DNA of 62,871 nucleotides, counting the filler, from Stramenopiles sp. TOSAG23-2 (Eukaryota): assembly GCA_900128395.1 (NCBI GenBank). It is 23 parts of 23 records of this genome, joined end to end, with 100 filler letters (N's around TTAATTAATTAA, not from the genome) between each part and the next. Parts side by side here need not be neighbours in the genome. Positions count along the whole stretch, not along the records: positions 60,252 to 62,871 come from LT651620.1; 22 more parts are not named here. The stretch is one strand, 5' to 3'. Of this stretch, positions 61,634 through 62,871 are shown piece by piece; the first letter of the stretch is position 1, and every line of letters begins with the position of its first letter. Below the pieces are notes generated by a model. It was not told where the DNA came from. It ran no database searches and worked only from the letters and a program-made list of their open reading frames with translations. Both the position numbers and the translations under genes were made by a program.

Positions 61634-62662
61634 TTAGTTCTTTTCAACTTCTGCTAATAATGGTAACAATTCATTAACATAAAATTCTTTTGCATGAAAT
61701 GTTTTATCACCAAAAATCCATCTAAAAAATGATAAAGGACTTGTTTCCCATCCAATTTGTTCTAAATGATCTGCATTTAATGTGCGTATATAGGAACCCC
61801 ATTTGCTTGATTCGACACTAACAATACCATCGTTCGGCCCAGATCGTCTTAATGTAATTTGATATGGAATTTGATACATCACTGAAATATCTCGTGCCTT
61901 TGCTTTTGATCCTCCATAACTATAATATTTAACATTTGGATCATCTAAATTATCTACGTTGAATTGCTTTAAATATTTTGATGTTAATTGACGAAAACAT
62001 TCAATTGTTATTCCTAATTCATCAACCATAAACTCTTCAATATCTTTTGATTTTTCTTCCCCAATTTTTTCAAAACTATAATCAGCAAAATCACTACCAC
62101 GGTGTGGTGTTCCTATTGTAATCAATGACGCAACTTTAGATCCTCCCTTTAGCGTGCTGATGTAATATCTACCATCTAATCCACCCATAGAATGTGCTAT
62201 TAAATGAACTTTCTTTGCACCCGTATCTTCTAAAGCTTTTTCAACTGCTTCAGATACAAGGTCAGCCCTTGTTTCAATTGATGATGTCGGTGGTGTATAT
62301 GGATCAAATATTATTGCACCTTTTTTTTTCATTGCTTTTGGTATACCACGAAAATATTCGACTGGTTTCAATCCAACTTGTTTTACAGCACCACCCAGAA
62401 CACCAGACAATAGCAAAATTGGTAATTTAGGTACATTGGTATTTACATTGGTATTTACATTATTATTATCATTGTCATTAGAGCCATTATTATTATTATT
62501 GAATTGATTTTTTTCAATAATATTATTTGTTCTCAAACTTTTATTATTATCACCATTATAATTAGCATGAAAATATTTATATTGTGAAAATAATCCTAAT
62601 GATGTTGTTGTACATAATATAGCTGCACCAACAAATATTGTTGTGGAACGTTTTTTCATCAT
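61634..62662 (-). CDS. Triacylglycerol lipase (alpha/beta hydrolase, TGL2-like)
   Basis: KVHLIAHSMGGLDGRY, TIGTPHRGS, NDGIVSVESSKWG, DHLEQIGW. Confidence 0.92.
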   Translation of the reverse strand: MMKKRSTTIFVGAAILCTTTSLGLFSQYKYFHANYNGDNNKSLRTNNIIEKNQFNNNNNGSNDNDNNNVNTNVNTNVPKLPILLLSGVLGGAVKQVGLKPVEYFRGIPKAMKKKGAIIFDPYTPPTSSIETRADLVSEAVEKALEDTGAKKVHLIAHSMGGLDGRYYISTLKGGSKVASLITIGTPHRGSDFADYSFEKIGEEKSKDIEEFMVDELGITIECFRQLTSKYLKQFNVDNLDDPNVKYYSYGGSKAKARDISVMYQIPYQITLRRSGPNDGIVSVESSKWGSYIRTLNADHLEQIGWETSPLSFFRWIFGDKTFHAKEFYVNELLPLLAEVEKN

Positions 62663-62871
62663 TGTAACCCTTTTCTTATTTAATGTGTGTCTTTTTGCAC
62701 AATTTACCCACCACCATATTATGAAACATTTATATATGCAAATAAAATTCTGTATATTCTTTGAACTATTTTCAAATATGTTGTTGTTTTTGTCTTTATT
62801 TATATTGACTTGTTGCTATTAAAAATTCAAAAAAGGTGAAATATTATTTTCCATTATTTATTATTTTGATG

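Noticed and set aside
1..62871. Gene neighbourhoods or operon-like systems across the window
   Set aside because: Contigs are ordered by size, so adjacency across linkers carries no information.
1..62871. tRNA, rRNA, snRNA genes or an intact transposase, RT or Fanzor ORF
   Set aside because: No diagnostic motifs recognised by eye; tRNAscan-SE, Infernal and HMM searches were not run.

Overview
The window is not one locus. It is 23 unrelated contigs of about 2.62-2.66 kb, sorted by decreasing length and joined by artificial 100-nt linkers (N44-TTAATTAATTAA-N44), so gene order across linkers means nothing. The DNA is AT-rich and eukaryotic: it has GT-AG introns with CTAAC branch points, kinesin-4, a golgin, a RING E3, C2CD5, TMEM234, poly-Asn tracts and microsatellites. 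A heterotrophic protist, possibly a stramenopile, is my inference; fold-back inversions and homopolymer frameshifts suggest an amplified single-cell or low-coverage assembly. Most contigs hold one often truncated housekeeping gene. The main unexplained signals are: (1) a dispersed non-coding element on four contigs, with bipartite inverted ends and a conserved GC-rich core; (2) two related large proteins with near-identical constant blocks around divergent cassettes; (3) modular surface proteins (C-type lectin plus peptidoglycan-binding-like, propeller plus collagen, tandem solute-binding domains); (4) a spliced Arg/Gly micro-gene missed by the ORF track. I saw no rRNA, tRNA or CRISPR array. 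All family assignments come from motifs recognised by eye, not from database searches.
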